A program made the position numbers and the translations under genes. A stretch of 64,000 nucleotides of DNA from assembly GCA_044224405.1 (NCBI GenBank), contig JBGAKN010000005.1, positions 15,725-79,724 of the forward strand, written 5' to 3'. Below are positions 1 to 10,020 of the stretch, piece after piece; the stretch's first letter is position 1; the number at the start of each line of letters is the position of its first letter. Origin of the DNA: Tagaea sp. (GTDB lineage Bacteria; Pseudomonadota; Alphaproteobacteria; CACIAM-22H2). The notes under the pieces were generated by a model, which was not told the origin of the DNA, did no database searches, and saw only the letters and a program-made list of their open reading frames with translations.

Positions 1-894
1 TACGCCGTGGGCGCGCCGAAAGTCGAATACGACTATGTGATGCGCACGAACAATCTCGGCTTTCCGCAGGCCCGCGATGTCGCATGCGGCGCCGGCACGC
101 TTGCGGTATTCGGCGATTCCTTCACCGAAGGCCAGGGTGCCGCCCCGTGGTTCACGCAGATCGAATCGTTACCCGTCGCGGGCAACCTTCAGCTTGCCAA
201 TCTCGGCTATGTCGGGACCGGAATGATCGACTGGTCGGCGGCCTACACCCACTACCGGCCGTGCCTTGCGCCGCGCAAGGCACTGTTCGTCTTCATCTCG
301 CACGACTGGTTCCGCCCGAGATATGTGATCGGTCCCGATCAGATCGACTGCGTGGAGCTGCGCGCGCCCTGCCGCGAACCCGATCACCTGTGGTTCGCGA
401 TGCCCGACGGCGCCACGCCGGACGACCTGATCGCCACGACGCGCGATCGCGAGCGTGCGCGCTGGGCCGGGCGCGATGGCTGGCGCGACCTGCTCTTGCG
501 CTGGGACTTGGTATTGAAGCGTGAATCCTACCTGTTCGCGTTGCTGCGGAATTCCGCCGTCGCGCTCTTCGGACTTGGCTACAACGTGCAATCCGACGCC
601 ACGCGCGCGACATTCGAACGCGCAAAAACCGTCTTCACGGCGATGGTCGCCGATATCGGGCGCGAAAACGTCGGACTGCTGCTGTTGCCGCAGGCCGAAG
701 AGACGGCCGCACATTCGCCCAATCCCCTGACGCGGGCCCTCGCCGACTGGCTCGCGCAGTCGGGCTTCGCGCCCGACCGCTGCGAACTCGCGAACGACGA
801 CTATCTGCCGAACGACCGGCATCCCAACGCGCGCGGTTACGCGAAGATCGCCGCCTGCGCGCGCCGGTCGATCGAAGCGCTCGCGGCGCGCTAG
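1..894 (+). CDS. SGNH/GDSL-family hydrolase, 5' truncated at window edge
   Basis: The reading frame is open from base 1. It carries a GDS motif (VFGDSFTEGQG) near the N-terminus and a DxxH-type motif (NDRHPNARGY) near the C-terminus, which fits an SGNH esterase/acyltransferase. Confidence 0.5.
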   Translation, partial: YAVGAPKVEYDYVMRTNNLGFPQARDVACGAGTLAVFGDSFTEGQGAAPWFTQIESLPVAGNLQLANLGYVGTGMIDWSAAYTHYRPCLAPRKALFVFISHDWFRPRYVIGPDQIDCVELRAPCREPDHLWFAMPDGATPDDLIATTRDRERARWAGRDGWRDLLLRWDLVLKRESYLFALLRNSAVALFGLGYNVQSDATRATFERAKTVFTAMVADIGRENVGLLLLPQAEETAAHSPNPLTRALADWLAQSGFAPDRCELANDDYLPNDRHPNARGYAKIAACARRSIEALAAR

Positions 895-904
895 ACGGCG
901 CCTT

Positions 905-2542
905 TCATCGCGCCGGCGCGATGGCCTTCAGCGCCCATTTGACCGAAACGCCCTGCGCGCTCGCGGTGCCGGCCGCGACGAGCTGCTCGGCGCGCCGGGC
1001 GCTTCCGCGCGCGGCGAACGACACGCTTTCGCCGATCTCGAGCGCGGCGCCCGCGACCTGCAGGCGCCAGGCCTGGCCGCTGTGCGTGCGCAGCAGGGCG
1101 GCCGCGCCGTTCTGGATCACGGACGCCTGCAGGTCGGGATGGAGATGGAAGCGGATGGCGAAGCGTGCCGAAGGCGCGGTGGGCGCACCGGGTGCGGGAA
1201 CCAGCGTGTCCTCGCCGCGCACGTCGCGCCCGTCACCGGCGACGAACAGGCGGCGCACATGCAGGAATCCGAACAGCGGCACGTAGCCGTCGTGGCTCGC
1301 CTCGAGCCAGACGTTGCCGTCGGCTTCGTCGCGCGCGATCTTCACGTTGGGCGGCCGGCGCATCAGCTTGCCCGGAACGGGCTCGGACGAGCTCGTGTCT
1401 TCGAGCGTCAGCGTCGAGTGCGCGGCCGTCGCGCGCAGCGCCAGCGACCATTCGGAATCGTCGCCGGGGCCGGCACCGCAATTGACGATGATGCGTTCGC
1501 GCCCGCACGAGACCTCGATCGACAGCGTGCCGGCATGCGCGTTCGCGTCGTAGCCGGGCGCTGGCGGATCGCCCGCATCGAGCAGCAGCAGCGTGCGGTC
1601 GGCGGCGACGCGCTCGAATCCGGCCTTGGTCGCGCGCTCGGGTGCTGGCGTGGGGCATTGCGCGCGCGCCAGGACTTCGTCGATCGCGCGCGCGTCCTCG
1701 ATATTGGAATTCTCGAAAAGCGCCAGCCCGCCGTCGCCGTGGCGGAAGAAACGCAAGGCCGGCGCCAGACGCTCGATCGCGCGATGCAGCGTTTCGGGAA
1801 CGACTGCCTGCGCGGACTCGAGCGCCAGGCGCGCGTCGGCAAGAACGGCCAGCGCCGAATACTGCGCGCTGGCGCCACGCGCGGCATGGAACCCGTCGTC
1901 GAGAAGCTGGGCCTGCGCTTCGGCACCGAGCGTACGCGCCACGGCCGCCAGCTTCGATTCCGGCAGCAGGCCGCAGGCATGCGCATAGAGAAGCCCCTTC
2001 AGGGCCGCGAGCCGCGGCACGCCCTGCGGCGCGTTCGCCCAGCTGCGCGCCAGATGGCGTGCCTGCCGGCTGGCGGAGTCGAGCAGCATGGGCCCGAGCC
2101 GGTCGCCGTCGCCGCGCGACAGGAAGGGCGCGTGCGACAGCCAGCCCGCGATGCGCCGGCCGGTCTGCTCGGGATCCCACGGACCGGCCTGCCATTTGGG
2201 GTTGGCGGCGATCCAGTCTTCGACCAGCGCGCGGCTGCGCGTCTGCGCCTGCTCGTTGCCGACGGCCGCGAGATCGTCGAGCCAGCCGAACGAATTGAGT
2301 TCGATACGCGCGGCCTCGGAAAGTTCGCGCGCGGTCCAATCCGGCCGCTCCGCCAGAAGGGCGCGGCCCGCGCAGACGAGCTTGCCCGCCACGATCGCTT
2401 CGCCCCGCGCGCGCAGGCCGGGCAACGGAGGCGGCGCCAGGCGCGTGAGACGCGCGGGTGCACGACCGCCGATCAGGAAGGAATAGAACGGCGAGCCGTT
2501 CCAGAAATCCCGCAGGCGGGAGCGGCGCGCGCGGGCTGCCAT
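905..2542 (-). CDS. heparinase II/III-like family protein
   Basis: 545-aa ORF with global similarity to alphaproteobacterial heparinase II/III-like proteins that typically lie next to rpe. The exact start is uncertain. Confidence 0.55.
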   Translation of the reverse strand: MAARARRSRLRDFWNGSPFYSFLIGGRAPARLTRLAPPPLPGLRARGEAIVAGKLVCAGRALLAERPDWTARELSEAARIELNSFGWLDDLAAVGNEQAQTRSRALVEDWIAANPKWQAGPWDPEQTGRRIAGWLSHAPFLSRGDGDRLGPMLLDSASRQARHLARSWANAPQGVPRLAALKGLLYAHACGLLPESKLAAVARTLGAEAQAQLLDDGFHAARGASAQYSALAVLADARLALESAQAVVPETLHRAIERLAPALRFFRHGDGGLALFENSNIEDARAIDEVLARAQCPTPAPERATKAGFERVAADRTLLLLDAGDPPAPGYDANAHAGTLSIEVSCGRERIIVNCGAGPGDDSEWSLALRATAAHSTLTLEDTSSSEPVPGKLMRRPPNVKIARDEADGNVWLEASHDGYVPLFGFLHVRRLFVAGDGRDVRGEDTLVPAPGAPTAPSARFAIRFHLHPDLQASVIQNGAAALLRTHSGQAWRLQVAGAALEIGESVSFAARGSARRAEQLVAAGTASAQGVSVKWALKAIAPAR

Positions 2543-2545
2543 GCC

Positions 2546-3219
2546 TCAGGTCCCGCGCAGACGCCGCATGTTTTCGGCGTATTTCGAGGGGCCGCCCGCG
2601 AAACCGGCAGTGCCGGCGACGAACACGTCGGCCCCGGCGGCGCGTGCGCGCGGGCCAGTCGAAAGATTGATGCCGCCGTCGACTTCCAGGTCGATGCGAC
2701 GGTCGCCGCCCGCGACGGTCGCGTCGATGCGCGTGCGCAGTGCCGCGATCTTGGAAAGCGCGCCCTCGATGAAGCTCTGGCCGCCGAAGCCGGGGTTGAC
2801 CGACATCACGAGCACGAGATCGAGATCGGCGAGCAGCGGATCGACCGCCTCGACCGGCGTACCGGGATTGAGCGACAGCCCCGCCTTCTTGCCGAGGCTT
2901 CGGATCAGCTGGATCGTGCGGTGGACATGCGGCCCCGCCTCGGGATGGACGGTGAGGATGTCGGCGCCCGCGTCGGCGAATTCCTTCACGTATGGATCGA
3001 CCGGCGAGATCATCAGGTGCACGTCGAGCGGCAGCTTGGTGTGCGGGCGGATCGCCCGCACGATGGCCGGGCCGATCGTGATGTTGGGGACGAAGTGCCC
3101 GTCCATCACGTCGACGTGGATATAGTCGGCACCGGCCGCTTCCATCGCGCGGACTTCCGCGCCGAGCGACGCGAAATCGGCGGAAAGGATCGACGGGGCG
3201 ATGCGAAGGGGCTGCTGCA
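2546..3219 (-). CDS. rpe: ribulose-phosphate 3-epimerase
   Basis: Hallmark Rpe segments are present ([45 protein letters not shown]). A probable TTG start lies at 3219, because the ORF-track M is far upstream in Arg-rich sequence. Confidence 0.85.
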
Positions 3220-3382
3220 AGGCACCACTCGGGGGCTTATTCGAAAGGATGGGTTTGGTGTAACAGGTCGCGGGACACCCCGGCAAGGGATGGTAGGTCG
3301 CGGTGTCCCGGCCCCCGAAATGCGCGATTTGTGCAGTCAAATCGGTCGCATTTATCCAATGGAAAGCGAGAGCCTCGTCGCT

Positions 3383-3388
3383 ATAATC
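3383..3388 (+). promoter_or_regulatory. candidate -10 hexamer (TATAAT) for lptD
   Basis: An exact TATAAT sits about 50 nt upstream of the lptD ATG in the rpe/lptD divergent intergenic region. No strong -35 was found. Confidence 0.25.
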
Positions 3389-3437
3389 GCCGTCCTTTCG
3401 GGGTAAGCGCCTCGAAAGCCCACGCAATTTTCGATCT

Positions 3438-5663
3438 TTGGCGACCTCGACGAAGCGACGAATGGCCCTGCCGACCTCCCGGAATGCGATTGGCGGCGCC
3501 TTTGGCGCGGGCATTCTTGCGCTCGCCCTGCTGTGGGCCACCGGCTCGCATGCGCAGACCCGCGCGGCGGCCGCCGAGCTGCCTGCCCTGTTGACCGCCG
3601 ACGAAGTGGTGGTGGACGAGGATCTGGGCCTCGTGACGGCCCAGGGCCATGTCGAGATCTCGCAAGGCCAGCGCATGCTCAAGGCCGACGCGCTGACCTA
3701 CAACCGGCGGACCAATGTCGTCACCGCGTCGGGCGACGTCAGCATCGTCGAGCCGACCGGCGAGGTCGTCTTCGCCGACTTCGTCGAGCTGACAAGCGAT
3801 CTGCGCGACGGCGCGCTGCGCAACCTGCGCCTGCTCATCGCCGACCAGTCTCGCTTCGCGGCCGTCACCGCGCGCCGCGCGGACGGCAGCAAGACAGTGA
3901 TGCGCAAGGCGACCTACAGCCCTTGCGAACCCTGCCGCGAAGACCCGACGAAAGCGCCGATCTGGCAGATCCGCGCGCAGCGGATCACGCACGATCAGGA
4001 GAAAAAGGAAGTCGTCTACGACAACGCCTGGCTGGAGATCGCCGGCGTGCCGGTCGCGTATACGCCCTATCTCTCGCACCCCGACGGGACCGAGCAGCGC
4101 AAGTCGGGCTTCCTGATGCCCGACGTCTCGACGTCGTCGCGCAATGGCACGATGGTCGCGACGCCCTATTACTGGGCGATCAACCCGACATCCGACCTGA
4201 CGGTCACGCCCGTCGCGATATCGAACGATTATCCGATGATGATCGGCGAATACCGCGAACGCACCCGATCGGGTGCACTCTCGTTCGACGGCTCGATCCT
4301 GCGCACCAAGCGCGAAGGCGAAGGCTTTCCGCAGATCCGCGGCCACGCGCGCGGCATGGGGCGCTTCGACATCGACGATACATGGCGCTGGGGCTACGAC
4401 CTGTCGCGCGCATCCGACAAGACGTTCGTCGACCGCTACCGCATCCGCCAGCGCTTCCGCTTTCTCGAACAGGATGCGCTGGAAAGCCGGGTCTTCACCG
4501 AAGGATTCCGCGACCGCGGTTACGCTTCGCTCAACGCGCTGGCGTTCCAGGGACTGCGACCGGAAGACGATCCCGGCCTTACGCCGCTCGTCCTGCCGGC
4601 GGCCAGCTACAGCTGGGTCGGGGAGCCCGGCGCGATGGGCGGCCGCTACACGCTCGACGCGTCGGCCGTCTCGATCTATCGCGATCGCGACATGCGCACT
4701 CAGCGCGGCACGGTGACCGGCGGCTGGGCGCTGCCCTATACGACGATGTCGGGGGAGATCTATACGCTGTCGGCCGCGCTACAGACGGACGTCTTCAACA
4801 CCAGCAACAGCCTGCCGGGCCGCGACACGTTCCAGCCGTCGGAGAATGGCACGGCGACGCGCGCGGTGCCTCAGGTCGGCCTCTCGTGGCGGCTGCCGAT
4901 GATGCGGCGCGACGGCAATTTCCGAACGATCATCGAGCCGATCGCGGCGGTCTATGCGGCGCCCAACGCCGGCAGCCAGCGTGACCTGCCCAACGAAGAC
5001 AGCCGCGGCCTCACCTTCGACGACACGAACCTGTTCCGCATGAACCGCTTCACCGGCAACGACCGCATCGATTCCGGACAGCGGTTCGTCGTCGGCGCCA
5101 ACACGGATTTCCAGAACGGCAACGGACAGCGGCTCAACGTCTTCGTCGGCCAACAATATCGTACCAACGCCGACCCCGCCCTCCGCACTGGCTCGGGTGC
5201 CGATACGCGGTTTTCCGATTTCGTCGGCCGCGTGATCGCGATCCCGCACGAATGGTTTCAGACCAGCCACCGTTTCCAGTTCGACAGCACGAACCGCGAG
5301 TTGCTGCGCTCGATCTCGGGCGTGACGTTGGGGCCCAATGCGCTGCGCTACGGCCTCTCGCACGCGAAGGTCGACCGCTCGGTGCAGCCGACGGCACGCA
5401 GTTCGATCAACCAGATCTCGCAGACGCTGTCTGCCCGCATGTCGGAGAACTGGCGGATAAACGGCCGCATCGTCAACGCGCTCGGCGCCGACAACGGCAT
5501 CCTTCTCGCCGGAGCGACGCTGATCTACGAGGACGACTGCTTCTTGTGGGGGGTCGATCTCACTCGCCGGAACATCGGTCGCGCGGATATTCCGCCCGAT
5601 ACCGCCCTGCTGTTCCGCTTCGGCTTCCGCAATCTCGGCGAGCTTGCGGTGCGCGGCCTCTAG
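3438..5663 (+). CDS. lptD: LPS-assembly protein LptD (OstA/Imp)
   Basis: 741-aa protein with a signal peptide ([13 protein letters not shown]), an OstA N-terminal region and a C-terminal beta-barrel with the conserved CxC pair (YSPCEPC), typical of alphaproteobacterial LptD. Confidence 0.9.
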   Translation: MATSTKRRMALPTSRNAIGGAFGAGILALALLWATGSHAQTRAAAAELPALLTADEVVVDEDLGLVTAQGHVEISQGQRMLKADALTYNRRTNVVTASGDVSIVEPTGEVVFADFVELTSDLRDGALRNLRLLIADQSRFAAVTARRADGSKTVMRKATYSPCEPCREDPTKAPIWQIRAQRITHDQEKKEVVYDNAWLEIAGVPVAYTPYLSHPDGTEQRKSGFLMPDVSTSSRNGTMVATPYYWAINPTSDLTVTPVAISNDYPMMIGEYRERTRSGALSFDGSILRTKREGEGFPQIRGHARGMGRFDIDDTWRWGYDLSRASDKTFVDRYRIRQRFRFLEQDALESRVFTEGFRDRGYASLNALAFQGLRPEDDPGLTPLVLPAASYSWVGEPGAMGGRYTLDASAVSIYRDRDMRTQRGTVTGGWALPYTTMSGEIYTLSAALQTDVFNTSNSLPGRDTFQPSENGTATRAVPQVGLSWRLPMMRRDGNFRTIIEPIAAVYAAPNAGSQRDLPNEDSRGLTFDDTNLFRMNRFTGNDRIDSGQRFVVGANTDFQNGNGQRLNVFVGQQYRTNADPALRTGSGADTRFSDFVGRVIAIPHEWFQTSHRFQFDSTNRELLRSISGVTLGPNALRYGLSHAKVDRSVQPTARSSINQISQTLSARMSENWRINGRIVNALGADNGILLAGATLIYEDDCFLWGVDLTRRNIGRADIPPDTALLFRFGFRNLGELAVRGL

Positions 5664-6158
5664 CTATCGCGTGCGGAAATGCGCCGCGAGCTGGCCCCGG
5701 ATGTCGTCGCCGACGAGTTCGAGGACGCGATCACGCGCACTCTGCTGCGAGACGAGCGTCGCGTATTCCGAACTCGTGATCTCGTAGTCGGTCGAGAAGC
5801 TGGAAACGCCGGTCGTCACGCGCTTGTTCGAACCGTCGAGAAGCTCGTAGGACGCCGTCGCCGAATATCCGGCACGACTGATCACGTCATCCCGGCGCAG
5901 GGCCAGCGTCTGGCGCGGTTCGATCAGGCGGATGACAAGCGTGTAGCGGCTGGACGGCGACTGCCCGAGCGGCGTCAGCCGGTCGAGAAGATAGTTGCGC
6001 AGGATCTGGCCGGATCGATCGGGGATCGGCACGACGCGGATAGCTGCCAACTCGCCCGACACTTCGCTGCCCGGCCACGAGGCATGGATCGGTTCGAACC
6101 CGCACGACGGCAGGGAAAACAGAGCGAGAGCAAGGAAAAGAGCGCGACGGTCGGGCAT
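5664..6158 (-). CDS. lptE: LPS-assembly lipoprotein LptE-like
   Basis: 164-aa protein with a signal peptide followed by a Cys (LFSLPSCG) and LptE-like length and composition. The lipobox is atypical, with Pro at -2. The gene is convergent with lptD and abuts it with 0 nt between the two stop codons. Confidence 0.5.
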   Translation of the reverse strand: MPDRRALFLALALFSLPSCGFEPIHASWPGSEVSGELAAIRVVPIPDRSGQILRNYLLDRLTPLGQSPSSRYTLVIRLIEPRQTLALRRDDVISRAGYSATASYELLDGSNKRVTTGVSSFSTDYEITSSEYATLVSQQSARDRVLELVGDDIRGQLAAHFRTR

Positions 6159-6214
6159 GCGAGGACAACCTAGCAGGCGGATATGGTCGAGGCCAAGCGT
6201 TCGAAGGCCGGGAT

Positions 6215-7078
6215 TCAGGGGTTCCGCTCGACGACGAATGCCCAGAAAAGCGGGTGCCGCGCAGGTGCACCGTCATCGGCCGCCAGAGCCTGGGCCAGCG
6301 CCGCTCGATACGCGTCGGGCTCGGCGTTTCGCCGGTCAGCCCGACCGCGCAGCAGCGGCCATGTGATCCAGCGCCAGTGGAGCGCAACCGACGCCGGGCC
6401 GCCAAGCGCGACGGCCGTGCAGCGTGTGCCGGGCGCCTGCAGCGCCGCGATATCCGCCAGCGCGCCGGCCGGGTACTGCCGGAATCCATGGAACAGATAG
6501 AGCCGCAGGCACGCCGGCGACGGCAGATAGTGGATCTGCAGTGTCGGCCCTGACGCCTTCGCACAGGCGCGCGCGACGGCGGAAAAATAATCGAGATCGG
6601 CCGGGATGTGTTCCGCCGCCGACTGAGAGAAGAAGAAATTGTCGACCGGCGAAATCGTGGCGGCGAAATCACGACCATCGAAGACCAACATGTGTGCGCC
6701 ATCCATGGGCTCGGTCCACGTCGCATTCGCACGGACGTCGAATCCGCGATAGGCGATCGGTATGCCGGCCGCCGCCGCGACCAGCCGGCCCGCACGGCCC
6801 GAGCCGCAGCCCATCTCGTGCATCCGGATCCCGCCGGCCGACCGCGCGAACGCCGCCCAGCCGAAAGCCGCGAGGTGGCGTTCACAGAGCACGCGCGACG
6901 GCGACGGCGTGCCAGTGATGGTGCCAGACGGTGCGCCGTCGAATCGTGCGCGGGCAAGCGCGCCCGATCCGCCGGCAAGTGCGTTGCGCGCCGCGTTGGC
7001 ACCGAGATAGGCGAGCTTCGCGAAGCGGCCGAGCGGGCGGTCACCGTCGATTGCGATCGGCGAAGTGGAACGGTTCAT
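6215..7078 (-). CDS. class I SAM-dependent methyltransferase
   Basis: Motif I HEMGCGSGRAG is present. The start was taken at MNRSTSP, which gives a 4-nt overlap with the upstream GT2 stop. Confidence 0.5.
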   Translation of the reverse strand: MNRSTSPIAIDGDRPLGRFAKLAYLGANAARNALAGGSGALARARFDGAPSGTITGTPSPSRVLCERHLAAFGWAAFARSAGGIRMHEMGCGSGRAGRLVAAAAGIPIAYRGFDVRANATWTEPMDGAHMLVFDGRDFAATISPVDNFFFSQSAAEHIPADLDYFSAVARACAKASGPTLQIHYLPSPACLRLYLFHGFRQYPAGALADIAALQAPGTRCTAVALGGPASVALHWRWITWPLLRGRADRRNAEPDAYRAALAQALAADDGAPARHPLFWAFVVERNP

Positions 7079-8112
7079 CCCGTCACGCGGCGGCGCAGGA
7101 CACCGGCGATCTGGGGCACCAGCAGGCAAGCGGCATCGAGCGGCGCACGCACCGACAGGTGCAGGATCCGTCCGAGTAGCGCGAACCGCGCCGCCCCCAT
7201 CGGACGCACCAGCCAGGTGCGAAACGCCAGCGCGCCTGCCGCACGGCGCGCACTCGCCGCATCGGGCCGACGCGCGAGATAGGCATCCGTCAGGTCAAGC
7301 AGCACGCGCAATGCATGCGCGGGTGCGACGGGCTTCGTGTCGCACACGATCCGCGAACCGTGCACGGCCGCGTATATGCCCGCGAGCTCTTCCGGCGTGA
7401 CACGAACACCCGTCTCAGTCGCCACGCGGCGCGCGCCGAAACGCAGGCTCATCGCCTGCTGTTCGCCCAGCCGCAGGACCGAGATGTTGTTGCCGTGCAC
7501 GCGATAGGCAACCATGTCGGCAGCGAGGTTGGCGATCTGCGAATGCGCGAGCAGGCGGTCCCACAGATCGTAATCCTGATTGGCGCCGTACTGCTCGTCG
7601 AAATAATGGCCGGTGCGCTCGATCACGTCGCGCCGCAGCGTCACGGCCGGGTGATGGAACGGGTTGCGCGTCATGCTGAGCCAGCGCAGCGCCGCATCGT
7701 CCGTCGGCAGCGGCGAGCGTTCGAGGGCGCGCCCCACGCCGTCGATCATGCGCACCGAACCGCCGACGATGCCCACATCGGGATTCGCATCGAGGAAGGC
7801 GACCTGCCGGCGGAAACGGCCCGGCAGGCAGAGATCGTCGGCATCGAGGCGCGCGATATAGGTGCCGCGGCACAGGCGCAGGCCGATATTGAGCGAGGGC
7901 GTCTGCCCGCGATTGCGTTCGTTGACGTGCAGGCGGATGCGCGGATCGCCGACCGCGCGCACGACGTCGACGCTGCCGTCGCTCGATCCGTCGTCCACGA
8001 TCACGAACTCGAAATCGGTGAAATCCTGCGCGAGCACGCTGTCAATCGCGGGGCGTAGGTAGGCGCCGCCGTTGTAGACCGTCATCAGGACGCTGAGCAC
8101 GGGCGATTTCAT
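7075..8112 (-). CDS. glycosyltransferase family 2
   Basis: N-terminus SVLMTVYNGGAYL...FEFVIVDDGSSDGS and DxD region ARLDADD are present. Start MKSPV at 8112 overlaps the upstream stop. Confidence 0.7.
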   Translation of the reverse strand: MKSPVLSVLMTVYNGGAYLRPAIDSVLAQDFTDFEFVIVDDGSSDGSVDVVRAVGDPRIRLHVNERNRGQTPSLNIGLRLCRGTYIARLDADDLCLPGRFRRQVAFLDANPDVGIVGGSVRMIDGVGRALERSPLPTDDAALRWLSMTRNPFHHPAVTLRRDVIERTGHYFDEQYGANQDYDLWDRLLAHSQIANLAADMVAYRVHGNNISVLRLGEQQAMSLRFGARRVATETGVRVTPEELAGIYAAVHGSRIVCDTKPVAPAHALRVLLDLTDAYLARRPDAASARRAAGALAFRTWLVRPMGAARFALLGRILHLSVRAPLDAACLLVPQIAGVLRRRVTG

Positions 8113-8840
8113 TTCGGCTCCAGCACGGCCCAGATCTCGCCCCAGCGCAGCTGGATCTCGCGCACGTGCATGCCGGCAGCGGCGGCCTCGGCCTCGAACT
8201 CGACCTGGGTGTGCTCGGTCTCGTGCGTCGAATCCGAACGCCATTCGATCCCGAGTTCCTTCTTCAGCGGCACCGTCCAGTCACGCTCGAAGTTCGGGAC
8301 GCGGATCAGGAGGCGGCGCGCATTCGTCTCAATCGCGAGGCGGCGCAGCAGCGCGGATCGGTCGGGCAGATGTTCCAGCACGTTCGACATCGCGACGACG
8401 TCGAAACCGCCTCCGGGAATCGCGCGCAGGATGTCGCCCGTCTCGAACGTGACGGCGGGATGCGCATGCAGGCGGCGCGCCTTCTCGATGTTCGCAGGCA
8501 CGATATCCACGCCCACGACCGTGGCGCCGCCATCCGCCGCCATCCGCTGCGCGAGATAGCCGTTGCCGCAGCCGACATCCAGTACGCGCTCGCCGGCCGA
8601 GACTCGTGCGATGAAGAAATCGTGATAGCGCATGTGCCGGTGCTTGGGATGCACGCCATCGCCGTAGCGCACCGCCTCATGGGCAAGCGCGTTGTCGAGG
8701 CGTGCCTGGATCGCGAACAGGAAGCGCAATCCCATGTCCGGCGGCAGTCCGCGCGCGCGCGCGGCCGCGACAAGCCCGATTGCCCGTGCCAGCAGGCCGG
8801 CCGGCACGATGCGCAGCAGCAGTTCGAGCGCGCGCATCAT
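8109..8840 (-). CDS. class I SAM-dependent methyltransferase
   Basis: Motif VLDVGCGNGYL and the post-I acidic motif are present. Start MMRAL at 8840 overlaps the upstream stop by 4 nt. Confidence 0.65.
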   Translation of the reverse strand: MMRALELLLRIVPAGLLARAIGLVAAARARGLPPDMGLRFLFAIQARLDNALAHEAVRYGDGVHPKHRHMRYHDFFIARVSAGERVLDVGCGNGYLAQRMAADGGATVVGVDIVPANIEKARRLHAHPAVTFETGDILRAIPGGGFDVVAMSNVLEHLPDRSALLRRLAIETNARRLLIRVPNFERDWTVPLKKELGIEWRSDSTHETEHTQVEFEAEAAAAGMHVREIQLRWGEIWAVLEPK

Positions 8841-10018
8841 GCCGCGACCGCCGAGAGCACGCGCAGTTCGCGTTCGAGCGTGAGGTCGAGCGAGTCGTTC
8901 GCGACCACATACGCGCGCGCCGCCGTACCGAGGCGTGCCGCGAGAGCGCCTTCCCCGAGAACGCGGGCGAGCGTTGCCCGGATCGCCGCGGCGTCGGTTC
9001 CGCAAAGAAGGCCGGTTTCGCCGTCGCGCAGGACTTCGCGGATGCCGGGGCTGTCGGCACCCACCGATGGGAGTCCGCAGGACATGGCTTCGAGCAACGC
9101 CTTGGGATGGCCTTCGAAATGCGAGGGCAGGACGAACGCGTCCGCCGCCGCGAAGACGGATGGCAGGGTGCCATGCGGCACGTTGCCTAGGAACCGCACG
9201 TCGACGCCCGTGCGCGCGGCGAGTTCCGCCATCCCGGCGCGCAGGCTCCCCTCGCCCACCACGGTCAGCGTCGCGTCGATGCCGGCCATCGCCTCGACCA
9301 GTGCCAGCGGATTCTTCTGCGTTTCGAGCCGCCCGAGAAACAGCACGTTCGGGCGCGTACCCGCGGCACGCGCGACACGTTGGGGGCGAAGCAGATCGGT
9401 ATCGACAAAATTGGGAATGACCGAGCATCTCGACGGCACGACGCCGTGCGTCTCGACCGCCAGTCGCCAGATTTCCGGCGTGGAGCCCACGACATGCGCC
9501 GCCGCGCGGAACGCCGTCCGTTCGGTGCGCAGGGCGCGGCGGGTGCGTGCGTCATCCGGCCCGTATTCGCGCGTGCAGAATGTCGACCACGGATACCCGC
9601 AGCGCGCGACCAGCGGCGCGCGCGCGCGCCAGGCCAGCTTCAATATATGCTGTGCACCGCTCAACTGGTTGGTCTTGACGATGCAGGAACCGGGAAAGAC
9701 GTACGGAAACGTCGCGAACAGCCAGGCCATCCAGACAGGCCAGCTCCAGCCCTGCCGGTTGTGGACGAGGCTGATTCCACCGAGCCGTTCGCGGAATTGC
9801 TCGTCGCCGCCGCGCGACCATGTCGCGATCGTTATCCGTCCGAAATGGCCGAGCAGCCGGCGATAGAGCGCCAGCTCGCGATCGAGCATGCCGATCTTGT
9901 CGTAGAGCTCCAGCGTCGAGGCATATTCGAGAAACAATACGAGATGACGGTCCTTCAGCCGTTGCATATCCGGCGGCGGCAGGGCGTTCTCGGGCAGAAG
10001 TCCGACGGGAAACGACAT
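8837..10018 (-). CDS. glycosyltransferase family 4 (GT-B)
   Basis: C-terminal GT4 signature is present (EGHPKALLEAMSCGLPSVGADSPGIREVL..GETGLL). Confidence 0.7.
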   Translation of the reverse strand: MSFPVGLLPENALPPPDMQRLKDRHLVLFLEYASTLELYDKIGMLDRELALYRRLLGHFGRITIATWSRGGDEQFRERLGGISLVHNRQGWSWPVWMAWLFATFPYVFPGSCIVKTNQLSGAQHILKLAWRARAPLVARCGYPWSTFCTREYGPDDARTRRALRTERTAFRAAAHVVGSTPEIWRLAVETHGVVPSRCSVIPNFVDTDLLRPQRVARAAGTRPNVLFLGRLETQKNPLALVEAMAGIDATLTVVGEGSLRAGMAELAARTGVDVRFLGNVPHGTLPSVFAAADAFVLPSHFEGHPKALLEAMSCGLPSVGADSPGIREVLRDGETGLLCGTDAAAIRATLARVLGEGALAARLGTAARAYVVANDSLDLTLERELRVLSAVAA

Positions 10019-10020
10019 CC

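Noticed and set aside
1082-3406. 774-aa plus-strand ORF antisense to the heparinase-like gene and rpe
   Set aside because: Arg/Ala/Gly-rich low-complexity translation with no recognisable domains. Long spurious ORFs in alternate frames are expected at about 70% GC, and the opposite-strand genes have clear homology.
5887-7044. 385-aa minus-strand ORF overlapping the lptE start and the 6215-7078 methyltransferase in a different frame
   Set aside because: It conflicts with two better-supported genes and has a low-complexity Ser/Arg/Pro-rich sequence, so it is judged a frame artefact.
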